The notes below the pieces were generated by a model, which saw only the letters and a program-made list of their open reading frames with translations, made no database searches and had not been told where the DNA came from. A program made the translations under genes and the position numbers. From the NCBI GenBank assembly GCA_030835345.1, contig JAURPH010000006.1, positions 703-64,702 of the forward strand: a stretch of 64,000 bases of DNA, written 5' to 3'. This DNA is from Thermodesulfobacteriota bacterium (GTDB lineage: Bacteria > Desulfobacterota_D > UBA1144). Shown piece after piece: positions 40,501 through 52,062 of this stretch. Positions within the stretch are counted from its first letter, which is position 1, and every line of letters starts with the position of its first letter.

Positions 40501-41701
40501 TGAAGCAAGGTCACAATTAAAAAGAATATTTGTTGGAAAAATACCAAGTAATGATATTAGAGCAGGAAGAAAAATTGTTCTGAAAAAGAATAAAGAAATC
40601 GAGAGCGAGCAATTTGATTTGGTTCCATATGAAAAGATTGCCACTATTGAATTTGATGAAAAAAGTTCTCTAGAGGGTCAAATTGATTCAATTCTTAAAA
40701 TCTCAAATGAGAAGCTTGCTAATGTTGAAAATAGAATTAATGAGCAAATTGAGAAATTGTCTCAACCTGATGATTTGCAGCCTGGAGTTTTAAAAGTTAT
40801 CAAAGTATATGTAGCCGTAAAAAGAAAGCATCAAGTTGGTGACAAGATGGCTGGTAGGCATGGTAATAAAGGTGTAGTATCTAGAGTTTTACCTGTCGAA
40901 GATATGCCTTATTTGCCTGATGGAACACCCGTAGACATGGTTTTGAATCCTTTAGGTGTACCTTCGAGGATGAATGTTGGTCAAATTTTAGAAACCCATT
41001 TAGGTTTAGCTGCAAGATCACTTGGGAATCAAGTTAATGAACAGCTTTCTGAGAAATTCCCTAATATTGACAAAATTAAAGATTTAATTTCAAAATTCTA
41101 TCAAAATGATATTGATTATATTAATAATGTTAAAAAACTTAATGATAATGATTTAATAGACTTGGCAAAAAGATTATCCTCAGGGGTTCCTGTTGAAACA
41201 CCAATTTTTGAAGGTGTTAAAGAATCTGATATCCGTGCCTTATTGGCTGAAAATCATTTCCCTGAAGATGGCAAGCTGACTTTGTTTAATGGACAAACTG
41301 GGGAACCTTTTGATCAACGAGTGACAGTAGGGATTATGTATATGATTAAACTTCATCATCTAGTAGAGGAAAAAATCCATGCTAGGGCAATTGGTCCATA
41401 CTCACTTGTAACACAGCAACCATTAGGTGGTAAATCCCACTTTGGTGGACAAAGACTAGGAGAAATGGAAGTTTGGGCATTAGAAGCTTACGGTGCCGCA
41501 AATACATTACAAGAATTTTTAACAGTAAAATCAGATGATGTAATTGGAAGAACCAGACTTTTTGATTCTATAGTGAAAAATAAATTAAAATTTGAACCTG
41601 GAATTCCTGAATCATTTAATGTTCTTACCAATGAATTAAAATCCTTAGGCTTGAATATTGAAATGATCGATAAATCAGAAGAGGTAGATGCAGATGTTTA
41701 A
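37541..41701 (+). CDS. rpoB: DNA-directed RNA polymerase beta subunit
   Basis: 1386 aa. TTG start with RBS AAGGAGTG. Conserved blocks GRHGNKGVVSRVLP, NMQRQAVPL and PYSLVTQQPLGGKSHFGGQR. Confidence 0.97.
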   Translation: MQKENILLTKKRKSFRDTAQSVTEIPDLLSVQKESFNLLVQADLSSKDRENIGLEKVFRASFPIDDYNNRAQLEYESYRVEPPKYSIAECKLKGYNYQSAIHVKFNLCTWEYDLDENDNPILDTKRVKDIKQQEVFFGEIPVMTPNGAFVINGTERVIVNQLHRSPGVFFDAQKNAKDLSSSTKSSFSARIVPQDGRWLDFEFDSKDILFVRIDRKKKFHSTLLMLALGESTSSILDSFYMKEKIYCENGKFTKDINFDLLQYQRASYDIKNSSGELILRENRKFSERIIDKLKSSKISKLDVTEDELLGSYLVRKLDGTYDPENIVESNIVEEITEDTIELIKNNLIKDFEIYFVDNNAFTSSLVLTVNEMISKTKVLTKEQAVAEIYKKFRPTDPPTPKIATSFFENMFFNEDSYRLSKVGRMKINYKLIHGVSSSKLCLDPRDVLETFKYLLLLKSGRGEVDDIDHLGNRRVRTVGELIEDRFFVGVERLSKTIKEKMNYNDVAEMMPSDIVIPKSVTSVVKEFFATGQLSQFMDQTNPLSEITHKRRLSALGPGGLTRERAGFEVRDVHSSHYGRICPIETPEGPNIGLISSLSTYSKINEHGFILTPYREVSGGKVSNKIKYLNALEEEDYIIAQANAKLDTDNNFENEQVDARKSGEFEVVPREDVQLMDVSPAQLVSVSASLIPFLEHDDANRALMGSNMQRQAVPLLRSSAPLVGTGFEKNISRDSGVNVIAFNSGIVDYVDSSKIVIKKDDSSSDEASDIYDLIKFQRSNQNTCWNQKPIVKKGQKINKGDIIADGPSTEYGELAIGKNVLIAFMAWGGYNFEDAILISERLSKEDTFTSVHIEEFECVSRETKLGKEEITRDIPNVNEENLSFLDKDGVIQIGAEVKPNDILVGKISPKGETQLSPEERLLRAIFGDKAGDVKDTSLRVPPGVNGIVLDVKTLISRLGDKQDRSRSGSPEVIELQNQLENEREHIISEARSQLKRIFVGKIPSNDIRAGRKIVLKKNKEIESEQFDLVPYEKIATIEFDEKSSLEGQIDSILKISNEKLANVENRINEQIEKLSQPDDLQPGVLKVIKVYVAVKRKHQVGDKMAGRHGNKGVVSRVLPVEDMPYLPDGTPVDMVLNPLGVPSRMNVGQILETHLGLAARSLGNQVNEQLSEKFPNIDKIKDLISKFYQNDIDYINNVKKLNDNDLIDLAKRLSSGVPVETPIFEGVKESDIRALLAENHFPEDGKLTLFNGQTGEPFDQRVTVGIMYMIKLHHLVEEKIHARAIGPYSLVTQQPLGGKSHFGGQRLGEMEVWALEAYGAANTLQEFLTVKSDDVIGRTRLFDSIVKNKLKFEPGIPESFNVLTNELKSLGLNIEMIDKSEEVDADV

Positions 41702-41721
41702 CTTTGTGGAGGTGAAATACA

Positions 41722-44700
41722 ATGCTTGATATGGGTGTCTTATTTGATAAGCCAAAAAATCCACAAGATTATAAATCTATTAAAATTAGTATCGCTTCTC
41801 CTGAACAAATCAAAGAATGGTCTTATGGTGAAATCAAAAAACCTGAGACAATTAATTACAGAACATTCAAACCTGAGAAATATGGTTTGTTCTGTGCAAA
41901 GATTTTCGGCCCAGTAAAAGACTTTGAATGTTTGTGCGGAAAATACAAAAGATTAAAACACAGAAATCACACATGTGAAAAATGTGGTGTAGAAGTTATT
42001 TCAAGTAAAGTTAGAAGGTTCAGAATGGCTCACATTGAGTTATGTTCTCCAGTAGCACATATTTGGTTTTTAAAAAGTGTTCCAAGCAGGATAGGGGCAC
42101 TTCTTGATATGACATTGAAAGACTTGGAGAAAGTACTTTACTTCGAATCTTATGTTATTACAGATGCAGGTGATACAGGTCTTAAAATTGGACAAGTTAT
42201 CTCAGAAGATACTTATAGAAAACTAATAGATGATAATTTCTTTTTATTGGTTGGAATGGGTGCAGAAACTGTTAGAAATATGTTACAAGAAATTGATTTA
42301 GAATCATTATCTGTCGAATTAAAACAAGAATTAAGAACTACTACTTCACCTCTTAAAAAAGTTAAGCTTTCAAAAAGATTGCGTATAGTTGAAGCATTTA
42401 GAAATTCAGGTAATAAACCAGAGTGGATGATACTTAAAAGATTGCCAGTTTTACCACCTGACTTGAGACCTTTGGTACCACTTGATGGGGGAAGGTTTGC
42501 TACATCAGATTTAAATGATCTTTATAGAAGAGTTATTAATAGAAACAACAGGCTGAAAAAACTAATGGAACTTGGTGCTCCTGATATTATTGTTAGAAAT
42601 GAAAAAAGAATGTTGCAAGAATCTGTTGATGCACTTTTTGAAAATGGGAGAAGAGGCAGACCTGTTCTAGGTCACAATCATAGACCTTTGAAAAGCTTAA
42701 GTGATATAATAAAAGGAAAACAAGGTAGATTCAGACAAAATTTGCTCGGTAAAAGAGTAGATTATTCTGGTAGGTCAGTAATTGTTGTAGGCCCACAATT
42801 AAAATTACACCAATGTGGGCTGCCTAAGAAAATGGCCTTAGAATTATTTAGGCCATTTATTTATCAAAAATTAGAATTATGGGGCCATGCGGCAACTATT
42901 AAAATTGCAAAAAATCTTGTTGAACAACAAGCACCAATTGTATGGGACGCATTAGATGATGTTATTAGAGAACATCCAGTAATGTTAAATAGGGCTCCAA
43001 CACTTCATAGGTTAAGTGTACAAGCTTTTGAGCCAGTTTTAGTTGAAGACAAGGCAATTCAATTACATCCTTTAGTTTGTCCGGCATTCAATGCCGATTT
43101 TGATGGAGACCAGATGGCTGTTCATGTTCCATTATCTGTTGAAGCACAGACGGAATGTAGAACCTTGATAATGTCAACTAATAATATTTTATCACCTGCA
43201 CACGGAAAGCCGATTATTCTACCTTCACAAGACATTGTTTTAGGTATTTATTATATGAGCAGAGAGGTTCCAGGCTCTAAGGGTGAGGGGAAAGCCTTCT
43301 CAAGTTTGAATGAATTAAGAACTGCTTTTGACTTGGGACAAGTAAATATTCATGCAAAAATAAAAATAAAAATTAGTGATGATGTGAAAGAAACAACTGT
43401 AGGAAGAGCTTTAATTTTTGAAGTAATGCCCGAAGAAGTTCCTTTTGATTTAATTAATAGATTAATGACAAAAAAGGCAGTTGAGGATTTAATTGATACC
43501 ACATTCAGAATGTCAGGTGGAAAAGCAACAGTACTGTTAGCAGATAGACTTAGGACATTAGGCTTTAAGCATTCAACTACCTCTGGAATTTCAGTCTCTA
43601 TAGCCGATATGATAATTCCAGATGAGAAAAATAAATCCATCAATGAAGCTGAAGAAGAAGTTAGTAATATTAAAAACCAGTATCTCCAAGGCTTAATAAC
43701 AGAAGGTGAAAGATATAATAAAGTTATAGACGTTTGGGCTAGAACTGGAGATGAAATTGCTAATGTTTTAATGAATAGAATATCTGCTCCAGAGGATAAT
43801 GAAATTGATAAAGATGGCGATAAAGCACCAAGTAGTAATCCTATATTTATGATGGTTGAGTCAGGTGCAAGAGGAAGTCAGTCTCAAGTTAGACAGCTTG
43901 CAGGGATGAGAGGATTAATGGCTAAACCTTCAGGGGAAATTATCGAAACACCTATTACTTCGAACTTTAGAGAAGGCTTAAGTGTTCTTCAGTATTTCAT
44001 TTCTACTCATGGAGCAAGAAAAGGACTAGCCGACACAGCATTAAAAACTGCTAATGCTGGATATTTAACAAGAAGGCTTGTAGATGTTGCACAAGATGTA
44101 ATGATTTCAGAATATGATTGTGGCACAGCTGAGGGAGTTGAGATAAGTCAATTAGTTGAAGGTGGAGAAGTTGTTGCAAGTGTTGGTTCAAGAGCTTTAG
44201 GAAGAGTAGTTGCAGAGGATGTTATAGACCCTCTTAGTGGTGAATTAATAGTTGCTAAAAATAATGAAGTAAATGAAACAACTGCAAAGAAAATGGATGC
44301 AATTCCTGGATCTTTAAGGATAAAAATACGTTCAGGACTTACATGCGAGTCAGAATCAGGAGTTTGTACACTTTGCTATGGAAGAAATCTTGCAAGCGGA
44401 GAACTTGTAAACACTGGAGAGGCTGTTGGAATTATAGCAGCTCAGTCAATTGGAGAACCAGGGACTCAATTAACTATGAGAACTTTCCACATTGGTGGTG
44501 TTGCCAAAGTAGAACAATCAAGACATGATTCAAAAAATCCAGGAAAAATAAGATTTGTAGATTTGAATTTTGTTAAGTCAGGTGATGCGAACATATGTAC
44601 CAGTAAAACAGGAGAGTTGGTAATAGAAGATCCTACAACATCTCTTGAGTTGGAGAGATACCCTTTAACATTAGGTGCAAAAATCTATTGTGATGATGGA

Positions 44701-45801
44701 CAAGAGGTTAAAAAAGGATCATTGTTAGCAGAGTGGGATCCTACAATATTCCCTTTCATTGCTGAGGAAGAAGGTCACATAGAATATAAAGATTTAGAAC
44801 CTAATTTAACTTATAAAGAAAGTGTCGACCCATATTCAGGTCTTTCTAACAAAGAGGTTATGCAGTTTAAAGATCAGAAATTAAATCCAGCATTAATATT
44901 AGTAACAAAAAGTGGTGATAGATTTGAATATCCGATGCCTAAGGGTGCAGAAATTAGAAAAGATAATGATGAAAAAGTAAAACCAGGTGAATTTATTGCT
45001 TCACTCCCTCAAGCTAAAGCTCAAACAAAGGATATTACTGGAGGCCTACCTAGAGTAGCAGAATTATTCGAAGCAAGACCGCCTAAAGATCCAGCTGTGA
45101 TATCAGAAATAGAAGGAATTGTTTCATTTGGTAAAGATATTAAATCAAAGAAAAGAATTATTGTAACTCCGCCTGTAGGTGATCCTGAAGAATATTTGGT
45201 CCCAAAATCGAAACATATTTTGGTTAGGGAAGGTGAAAATATATCTGCAGGGGATCAAATAGTTGATGGTGCACCAGATCCACACGATATTTTAAAGATT
45301 AAAGGTGAGAAAGAATTGTCAAAGTATATTGTCGATGAGATTCAGGATGTTTATAGACTCCAAGGTGTAAGAATAAACGATAAGCATATTGAAATAATAA
45401 CTAGACAGATGTTAAAAAGAGTCAAGATTACCGATTCAGGTGATACTACTCTTCTAATAGGAGAAGCAGTTGAAAAAGGTGAGTTTATAAAAACTAATCA
45501 ACAAGTTATTTCTGAAGGTGGACAACCTGCTCAAGCAGAACCATTGTTATTGGGTATTACTAGAGCTTCATTAAGTACTAAGAGTTGGCTCTCAGCAGCT
45601 TCATTCCAAGAAACAACAAAAGTACTTACTGATGCTTCATGTGAAGGTAAGATTGACGAACTTTCTGGATTGAAAGAAAATGTTATTATGGGAAGGTTAA
45701 TTCCTGCAGGTACTGGTCTACCAATATATTCAAATACTGATGTTGAAATTAATGCTCCAGAAATTGAAGTACCTCAGACTAATAATCCTGATACTGTCTA
45801 A
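41722..45801 (+). CDS. rpoC: DNA-directed RNA polymerase beta' subunit
   Basis: 1359 aa. Zn-finger [23 protein letters not shown]. Catalytic [14 protein letters not shown]. Confidence 0.97.
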   Translation: MLDMGVLFDKPKNPQDYKSIKISIASPEQIKEWSYGEIKKPETINYRTFKPEKYGLFCAKIFGPVKDFECLCGKYKRLKHRNHTCEKCGVEVISSKVRRFRMAHIELCSPVAHIWFLKSVPSRIGALLDMTLKDLEKVLYFESYVITDAGDTGLKIGQVISEDTYRKLIDDNFFLLVGMGAETVRNMLQEIDLESLSVELKQELRTTTSPLKKVKLSKRLRIVEAFRNSGNKPEWMILKRLPVLPPDLRPLVPLDGGRFATSDLNDLYRRVINRNNRLKKLMELGAPDIIVRNEKRMLQESVDALFENGRRGRPVLGHNHRPLKSLSDIIKGKQGRFRQNLLGKRVDYSGRSVIVVGPQLKLHQCGLPKKMALELFRPFIYQKLELWGHAATIKIAKNLVEQQAPIVWDALDDVIREHPVMLNRAPTLHRLSVQAFEPVLVEDKAIQLHPLVCPAFNADFDGDQMAVHVPLSVEAQTECRTLIMSTNNILSPAHGKPIILPSQDIVLGIYYMSREVPGSKGEGKAFSSLNELRTAFDLGQVNIHAKIKIKISDDVKETTVGRALIFEVMPEEVPFDLINRLMTKKAVEDLIDTTFRMSGGKATVLLADRLRTLGFKHSTTSGISVSIADMIIPDEKNKSINEAEEEVSNIKNQYLQGLITEGERYNKVIDVWARTGDEIANVLMNRISAPEDNEIDKDGDKAPSSNPIFMMVESGARGSQSQVRQLAGMRGLMAKPSGEIIETPITSNFREGLSVLQYFISTHGARKGLADTALKTANAGYLTRRLVDVAQDVMISEYDCGTAEGVEISQLVEGGEVVASVGSRALGRVVAEDVIDPLSGELIVAKNNEVNETTAKKMDAIPGSLRIKIRSGLTCESESGVCTLCYGRNLASGELVNTGEAVGIIAAQSIGEPGTQLTMRTFHIGGVAKVEQSRHDSKNPGKIRFVDLNFVKSGDANICTSKTGELVIEDPTTSLELERYPLTLGAKIYCDDGQEVKKGSLLAEWDPTIFPFIAEEEGHIEYKDLEPNLTYKESVDPYSGLSNKEVMQFKDQKLNPALILVTKSGDRFEYPMPKGAEIRKDNDEKVKPGEFIASLPQAKAQTKDITGGLPRVAELFEARPPKDPAVISEIEGIVSFGKDIKSKKRIIVTPPVGDPEEYLVPKSKHILVREGENISAGDQIVDGAPDPHDILKIKGEKELSKYIVDEIQDVYRLQGVRINDKHIEIITRQMLKRVKITDSGDTTLLIGEAVEKGEFIKTNQQVISEGGQPAQAEPLLLGITRASLSTKSWLSAASFQETTKVLTDASCEGKIDELSGLKENVIMGRLIPAGTGLPIYSNTDVEINAPEIEVPQTNNPDTV

Positions 45802-48410
45802 TGGATGAAGAAAAAGAAAGCCTTGTAAACACTTACAATCCAAAAAGGATTGAAGAGAAATGGCTTGAAAATATAATTTCTGAGAATCATATAGAGGGTA
45901 TAGACTACTATTCTATAGCAATTCCACCTCCAAATGTAACAGGAAATCTTCATCTAGGACATGCTTTAAATTCAACAATACAGGATATTTTAATTAAATA
46001 TAATTCATTAATTGGATTAAATGTTCGTTGGACTCCTGGAACAGATCATGCCGGTATTGCAACACAGTTATTAGTAGAGAAGGCTTTAGCTAAAGAAGGT
46101 GTAGACTCTTCAAAATTATCAAATGAGGAATTAATAAACAAAATTTGGGACTGGAAGCATAACAACGGTAACGAAATCCTTGAGCAACTAAAAAAATTAG
46201 GATTAAGTTGTAATTGGTCTAAAGTGAAATTTACACTAGATGATGATATGACTTATGCTGTAAACACAGCATTTATTACACTTTATAATAAAGGCCTCAT
46301 TTATAAAGAGAAAACCTTAATTAATTGGGATTCAAAACTAAAAACAGCAATTTCTGACCTTGAAGTCATTTCAGAAGAAAAAAAAGGTATGCTGTATTCT
46401 TTTAAATATCAATTAGTTGATTCTGATGAAAATATAATTGTTTCAACAACAAGGCCAGAAACAATATTTGGAGATACAGCCATTGCTGTCAACCCTAATG
46501 ATATTAGATATAAGTCTTATATAGGTAAAAAAGTTGTTAACACATTTAACAATAGAGACATACCAATTATTGCAGATGAATATGCAAACATGGAAAAGGG
46601 TTCAGGTGCTGTCAAAATTACACCGGGACATGATTTTAATGATTTCGAAGTAGCCAAGAGACATAACCTTGAAATGATAAATATCTTAAATGATGATGGA
46701 ACATTAAATGAAAATACAACAAAGGAATATCAAGGTTTATCAGTTCTTGAAGCACGGGATAAATTATTAAATTTTATGGAAGAAGAGGGCATTCTAGTAT
46801 CTACTGAAGAGGTAATCAATACAATTCCTAAGGGAGATAGGTCCGGCGAAGTGATAGAGCCCTTATTGAAAGATCAATGGTTTTTAGATGTTAAAAATAT
46901 GGCAGAAAAGTCAATTAAGGCAGTTGAAAATGAAGAGATTGCTTTTAAGCCAAAGTTTTGGGAAAATACATATTTTGAGTGGTTAAAAAATATTAAACCC
47001 TGGTGTATTTCAAGGCAAATTTTATGGGGTCATCAAATACCAATTTGGACTTGTAAAAATGGTAATTCAATAGCTGCTTACAATGAAAAGGATGCAAAGG
47101 AAAAGTATATTGATAAATATAATACTGCTCCAGAGGGAGCTCTCAAAAGAGAGCAAGATGTACTAGACACATGGTTTTCATCAGGATTGTGGCCTTTCTC
47201 AACCCTGGGGTGGCCAGAAAATACCAATGAATTAAAGAATTTTTTTCCTACCTCAATTTTAGTTACTGGTTTTGACATCATCTTTTTTTGGGTTTCTAGG
47301 ATGATTATGATGTCCTTAGAATTAACAAATAAAATTCCTTTTAAAACTATCTATATTCATAATTTAATTAGAGATTCTAAAGGCGAAAAAATGTCCAAAA
47401 CTAAAGGAAATGTTATTGATCCTTTAGACCTTATTGAGCAATTCGGAACCGATTCTTTAAGATTTTTTCTTGCATCCAACATATCTCCCCATAGTGACAT
47501 TAAGCTTGCAAATAATTCATTAGAACCAGCTCGTAACTTTATGAATAAAATTTGGAATGCTAATAAATTTGTAAAATTCCATACTAAAGAAAAGCCAAAT
47601 GAAAATCTCAAACTTACTAATTTTTACGATGCTTGGATTGTTGATAAATTTTCAAAATTAATTCAATCTTATGAAATAGCTATAAATAATTGTGAAATTG
47701 AAAAAGCTTCTAGTCTTTTATATAAGTTTTTTTGGGATGATTTTTGCGATTGGTATATTGAGATAGTTAAAGTTGAATTTGAATCTAATTCAAATTCACA
47801 AGATAGTAAGAATATAATCATTAACATTTTAAATGATTTCTTAATTCTTCTTTACCCATTCTGTCCATTTATTTCATCTGAAATATTAAGTTTTCACAGT
47901 ACAAATATAAAAGAAACTTTAGTTTTCCCTAAAAGGACAAAATATGATGTGGTTGCAACTAATGATTTTGAAAGACTTCAAGATTTTGTAGTCTCAGTAA
48001 GATCCTTGAGGAAAAATTTATCGATTCCTCCACAGGATAAAATAAATGTCTATGTGACTGGTGAAGATAATTTTTTAAATACAAATATTAGATTTTTAAA
48101 GAAACTAGCAGGTATTGATGAAATTATATTCTTTCTTGATTTAAAAGCACGATTTGTTACTAATGTTAGTAAGTTCTATAAAGTTTCTTTTGAACTTAAT
48201 GATTCTATGAATATTAAAGAACAAAAAGCTAAACTATTAAAAGATTTAAGTGCAGTGAAAAATGATTACAAAAAGTCAGATGCTAAATTGAGAAATAATA
48301 AATTTTTAGATTCTGCTCCTGAAGATGTAATATTGAGAGAGAAAAGAATATTAAAAGAATCTACCGAATATATTGAAAACCTTGAAAATATTTTAAACCA
48401 GCTAAAATAA
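45801..48410 (+). CDS. valS: Valyl-tRNA synthetase
   Basis: PPPNVTGNLHLGHA (HIGH) and KMSKTKGN (KMSKS). TDHAGIATQ. C-terminal coiled coil. 869 aa. Confidence 0.88.
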   Translation: MDEEKESLVNTYNPKRIEEKWLENIISENHIEGIDYYSIAIPPPNVTGNLHLGHALNSTIQDILIKYNSLIGLNVRWTPGTDHAGIATQLLVEKALAKEGVDSSKLSNEELINKIWDWKHNNGNEILEQLKKLGLSCNWSKVKFTLDDDMTYAVNTAFITLYNKGLIYKEKTLINWDSKLKTAISDLEVISEEKKGMLYSFKYQLVDSDENIIVSTTRPETIFGDTAIAVNPNDIRYKSYIGKKVVNTFNNRDIPIIADEYANMEKGSGAVKITPGHDFNDFEVAKRHNLEMINILNDDGTLNENTTKEYQGLSVLEARDKLLNFMEEEGILVSTEEVINTIPKGDRSGEVIEPLLKDQWFLDVKNMAEKSIKAVENEEIAFKPKFWENTYFEWLKNIKPWCISRQILWGHQIPIWTCKNGNSIAAYNEKDAKEKYIDKYNTAPEGALKREQDVLDTWFSSGLWPFSTLGWPENTNELKNFFPTSILVTGFDIIFFWVSRMIMMSLELTNKIPFKTIYIHNLIRDSKGEKMSKTKGNVIDPLDLIEQFGTDSLRFFLASNISPHSDIKLANNSLEPARNFMNKIWNANKFVKFHTKEKPNENLKLTNFYDAWIVDKFSKLIQSYEIAINNCEIEKASSLLYKFFWDDFCDWYIEIVKVEFESNSNSQDSKNIIINILNDFLILLYPFCPFISSEILSFHSTNIKETLVFPKRTKYDVVATNDFERLQDFVVSVRSLRKNLSIPPQDKINVYVTGEDNFLNTNIRFLKKLAGIDEIIFFLDLKARFVTNVSKFYKVSFELNDSMNIKEQKAKLLKDLSAVKNDYKKSDAKLRNNKFLDSAPEDVILREKRILKESTEYIENLENILNQLK

Positions 48411-48411
48411 A

Positions 48412-49794
48412 TTATTTAATTGGATAGTCACCTGTAAAACAGTGGTCAGTAAATTGAGGAGATTTATCATTTCTCTTTTTATAGCCCATGGCCTTATATG
48501 TCCCATTAAGACTTAAAAAAAACAATGAATTGACTCCAATTAATTTTGCCATTTCACCTATCGTGTTTTTGGATGCAATTAACTCAGAGTAGTTAGGGGT
48601 ATCAATTCCATAAAAATCTGGATGTGTAATAGGGGGACAGCTAATTCCCAAATGTACCTCTTTTGCCCCAGAATCAAATAACTCCTTTACTATTTTTTTA
48701 GAAGTAGTTCCCCTGACTATTGAATCATCTATCAGAATTACTTTCTTACCCTCAATACAGGACTTGTTGACACTATGTTTTAATTTTACTCCAAATTGTC
48801 TAATATTTTGAGTGGGTTCTATAAAAGTCCTTCCAACATAATGACTTCTGAAAAGACCTAGCTCAAAAGGTATTTTTGACTTTTGTGCAAACCCGATAGC
48901 TGCAGAAACCCCTGAATCAAGAACAGGAACAACTACATCTGCGGGAAACTTATTTTCGATTGCCAATTGTTCACCCAATCTTTTTCTGTAGGTGTAAATT
49001 GTTTTCCCTCCAACAATACTATCAGGCCTTGAAAAATATATTCTTTCAAAAATACATGGCCTTTCTTTTCTTTTTTTGAAGGGCATAAGACTTTTAATTC
49101 CATCTTTTGTAATTATTACGATTTCGCCATTTTTGATATCTCTGACATAATCAGCACCAATTATAGTTAGTGCACAAGTTTCAGAGGCAAGCACATAAGA
49201 TCCGTCTTTTATTCCAAGAACTAGAGGTCTAATCCCGAAGGGATCCCTGACGCCGATTAATTTTTTATTCGTCAAAATAACTAGTGAATATGCACCTTTG
49301 ATTTTCTTTAATGCATCGATTAATTTATCTCTTATTTTTATTTTCCTTGAAAGAGCTACAAGTTGTAAAATAGTTTCTGTATCAGATGTTGTTTGAAATA
49401 TTGCTCCTTTACTAATTAATTCTTTTCTTATATCAACTGCATTGATTAGATTTCCATTGTGAGCACAAGCAAAACCGCCTGCAGCAAGGTCTGCAAATAA
49501 TGGTTGAATATTTTTATCTATTGATTCACCTTGGGTTGAATATCTTACATGACCAACAGCATTCTTTCCTGGAAGCTGTTCAATAACTTCGGGTTTATCA
49601 AAAGTATTACTTACTAACCCTTGAGATCTAACACCATTAAAATTTTTACCGTCAAACGTAACAATTCCTGCACCTTCTTTGCCTCGATGTTGTAATGAAT
49701 GAAGACCTAGTGCTGTTAAAACTGCAGCCTCTTCTGCATTAAAAATCCCAAAGACACCGCATTCTTCTATTAATTTATCATTTTCTGATATCAT
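48412..49794 (-). CDS. purF: Amidophosphoribosyltransferase
   Basis: N-terminal nucleophile Cys in ECGVFGI. PRTase motif [13 protein letters not shown] and DDSIVRGTT. Confidence 0.92.
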   Translation of the reverse strand: MISENDKLIEECGVFGIFNAEEAAVLTALGLHSLQHRGKEGAGIVTFDGKNFNGVRSQGLVSNTFDKPEVIEQLPGKNAVGHVRYSTQGESIDKNIQPLFADLAAGGFACAHNGNLINAVDIRKELISKGAIFQTTSDTETILQLVALSRKIKIRDKLIDALKKIKGAYSLVILTNKKLIGVRDPFGIRPLVLGIKDGSYVLASETCALTIIGADYVRDIKNGEIVIITKDGIKSLMPFKKRKERPCIFERIYFSRPDSIVGGKTIYTYRKRLGEQLAIENKFPADVVVPVLDSGVSAAIGFAQKSKIPFELGLFRSHYVGRTFIEPTQNIRQFGVKLKHSVNKSCIEGKKVILIDDSIVRGTTSKKIVKELFDSGAKEVHLGISCPPITHPDFYGIDTPNYSELIASKNTIGEMAKLIGVNSLFFLSLNGTYKAMGYKKRNDKSPQFTDHCFTGDYPIK

Positions 49795-51983
49795 CTTGGA
49801 AACGATTTACTCCATAATTTATGAATATCTTGAATTTTAACATTAAAATAATCTTTTATAGAGAAATAATTTTCTGTAACATATCCAATTTCTTTTGCAT
49901 ATATTTTATTTTTTTTTGATTCCCCAAGTATTTTTTTTGCAATTTCTTTTTTACAGCTTATTTGGTAGCAACCTTGGGTCTCAGAAAATATTTGTAAAAT
50001 GTTTTGTAAGTTTAAGCAATTTAAATCTATCATAGCACCTTTCAATGAATTTCTATTAAAGCATGACTCTAGCATTGAAACTGCTAAACCACCTTCAGAT
50101 ATATCATGAATTGATTGAATCTTATATTTTTCATTAATTTTCATAATAAAATTATTAATTTTAGAATGCTCTTTAAGATTTATAGTGGGTTCTTTATATT
50201 TATTTTTTAATTCTTTTACATATTTAGATACGATTGAACTTCCATAATCATTTTTTATTTTTCCAATTAACAATATTGAATCATTGTTGTTTTTATAAAA
50301 TTGATCTCTCTTGTTTTTAATATCTTTAATTAGACCCACCATGCTTATCACTGGTGTTGGATTTATTGAATCAGACTTGTTCTCATTATATAGGCTTACA
50401 TTTCCACTGATAACAGGTGTATTAAATTCAAGTACAGCCTCAGATATTCCATCTATAGCTTTTGCAAATTGCCACATTATCTCCTTCTTTTCAGGATTAC
50501 CAAAATTTAAACAATTTGTAATAGCGAGGGGTTTTGCACCAGATGCAATTATATTTCTTGTGCATTCTGCTACTGCAATATTAGAACCTTTTTTTGGGTT
50601 TAGCTTGCAATATCCTGAGTTACAATTTGTTGTGAGGGCTAAGGCTTTTTTTGTATTTTTGATTCTAATGACAGCTGAATCTGATCCGGGTTCTGTGATA
50701 GTATTAGTTCCCACCATATAGTCAAATTGTTCATATACCCATCTTCTAGAGCATATGTTTTCGTCTTTAATAATTTTCTTAAAGAGACTGGCTAGTTTTT
50801 TATTGGAAAATTTCAGTTTCAATGCTTTCCCATCTTTTAATTTTATAGCTTTCGGTGATTTAACAGGCCTTTTGTATACTGGACAATCTTCAGTGAGGAT
50901 GGAAACTGGAATATTTACGACAGTTTTTCCCTTAAAGTTAACTATAAAATTTTTCTCTTTAATTACTTCTCCTATTTCGGTTGAATCTAAATGCCATTTT
51001 TTAAAAATTTTGTTAATCTTAGATGATGACTTTTCTTTCATAACCAAGAGCATTCTTTCCTGTGACTCAGACAAGAGCATTTCATAGGCATTAATACTAG
51101 AATCTCTTTTTGGCACTTTATCTAAATTAAGCATAATTCCATTGTCAGACCTGAAAGCCATTTCAGATGCGGATGAAGTTAGTCCTGCTGCTCCCATGTC
51201 TTGAATTCCAATGATTCCTTTATTTTGGAACAACTCTAAACAAGCTTCTAGTAGTAATTTCTCTTTGAAAGGATCACCGATTTGTACGGTAGGTTTATCT
51301 AATTCTTCCTCGTTTTCAAAGACATCCGAGGCCATAATAGCACCTTTAACTCCATCTTTACCAGTTTTTGCTCCAAGATAATAAACAGGATTCCCAGGGC
51401 CATCAGCTCTACCTAAGAAAATTTTATCTTTTGTAGTTATTCCTAGTGCAAAAGCATTAACTAGTGGATTCCCATTGTAAGATTTATCGAAATAAACTTC
51501 TCCGCCAACTGTTGGAATTCCCATACAATTGCCGTATCCAGCAATCCCTGATACGACTCCATTTATAAGTTTTTTTGTAATTTTCAGTTTAGGATTTCCA
51601 AATCTTAGAGAGTTCATAAGTGCAATAGGCCTTGCGCCCATTGTAAAAACATCTCTTAGTATGCCACCAACTCCAGTTGCAGCACCTTGATATGGTTCTA
51701 TAAAGGATGGGTGATTATGACTTTCGATTTTGAAAACGGCACATTGATTATCTCCAATATCTATTATGCCAGCATTTTCTCCAGGTCCTTGGATAACATG
51801 TTTTCCTTTTGTAGGAAGTTTCTTTAAATAAAACTTTGAACTTTTATATGAGCAATGCTCCGACCACATAGCAGCGATTACTCCTATTTCATTAGCATTA
51901 GGTTCTCTATTTAGTTTTTTTACTATAGAGACATACTCGTCTTTAGTAAGACCATTTTCTAAAGCGAAAGGAAGATTATTCAT
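49791..51983 (-). CDS. purL: Phosphoribosylformylglycinamidine synthase subunit PurL (FGAM synthase II)
   Basis: 730 aa. Duplicated AIR-synthase-like PurM domains. Overlaps the downstream purF by 4 nt. Confidence 0.9.
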   Translation of the reverse strand: MNNLPFALENGLTKDEYVSIVKKLNREPNANEIGVIAAMWSEHCSYKSSKFYLKKLPTKGKHVIQGPGENAGIIDIGDNQCAVFKIESHNHPSFIEPYQGAATGVGGILRDVFTMGARPIALMNSLRFGNPKLKITKKLINGVVSGIAGYGNCMGIPTVGGEVYFDKSYNGNPLVNAFALGITTKDKIFLGRADGPGNPVYYLGAKTGKDGVKGAIMASDVFENEEELDKPTVQIGDPFKEKLLLEACLELFQNKGIIGIQDMGAAGLTSSASEMAFRSDNGIMLNLDKVPKRDSSINAYEMLLSESQERMLLVMKEKSSSKINKIFKKWHLDSTEIGEVIKEKNFIVNFKGKTVVNIPVSILTEDCPVYKRPVKSPKAIKLKDGKALKLKFSNKKLASLFKKIIKDENICSRRWVYEQFDYMVGTNTITEPGSDSAVIRIKNTKKALALTTNCNSGYCKLNPKKGSNIAVAECTRNIIASGAKPLAITNCLNFGNPEKKEIMWQFAKAIDGISEAVLEFNTPVISGNVSLYNENKSDSINPTPVISMVGLIKDIKNKRDQFYKNNNDSILLIGKIKNDYGSSIVSKYVKELKNKYKEPTINLKEHSKINNFIMKINEKYKIQSIHDISEGGLAVSMLESCFNRNSLKGAMIDLNCLNLQNILQIFSETQGCYQISCKKEIAKKILGESKKNKIYAKEIGYVTENYFSIKDYFNVKIQDIHKLWSKSFPR

Positions 51984-52062
51984 TGAATTGTTTTAATAAT
52001 ACATAAAGAAAACTAGATATACACCTTTCTCTTATTTATAACCTTCTGGTAAAGTACATTCT

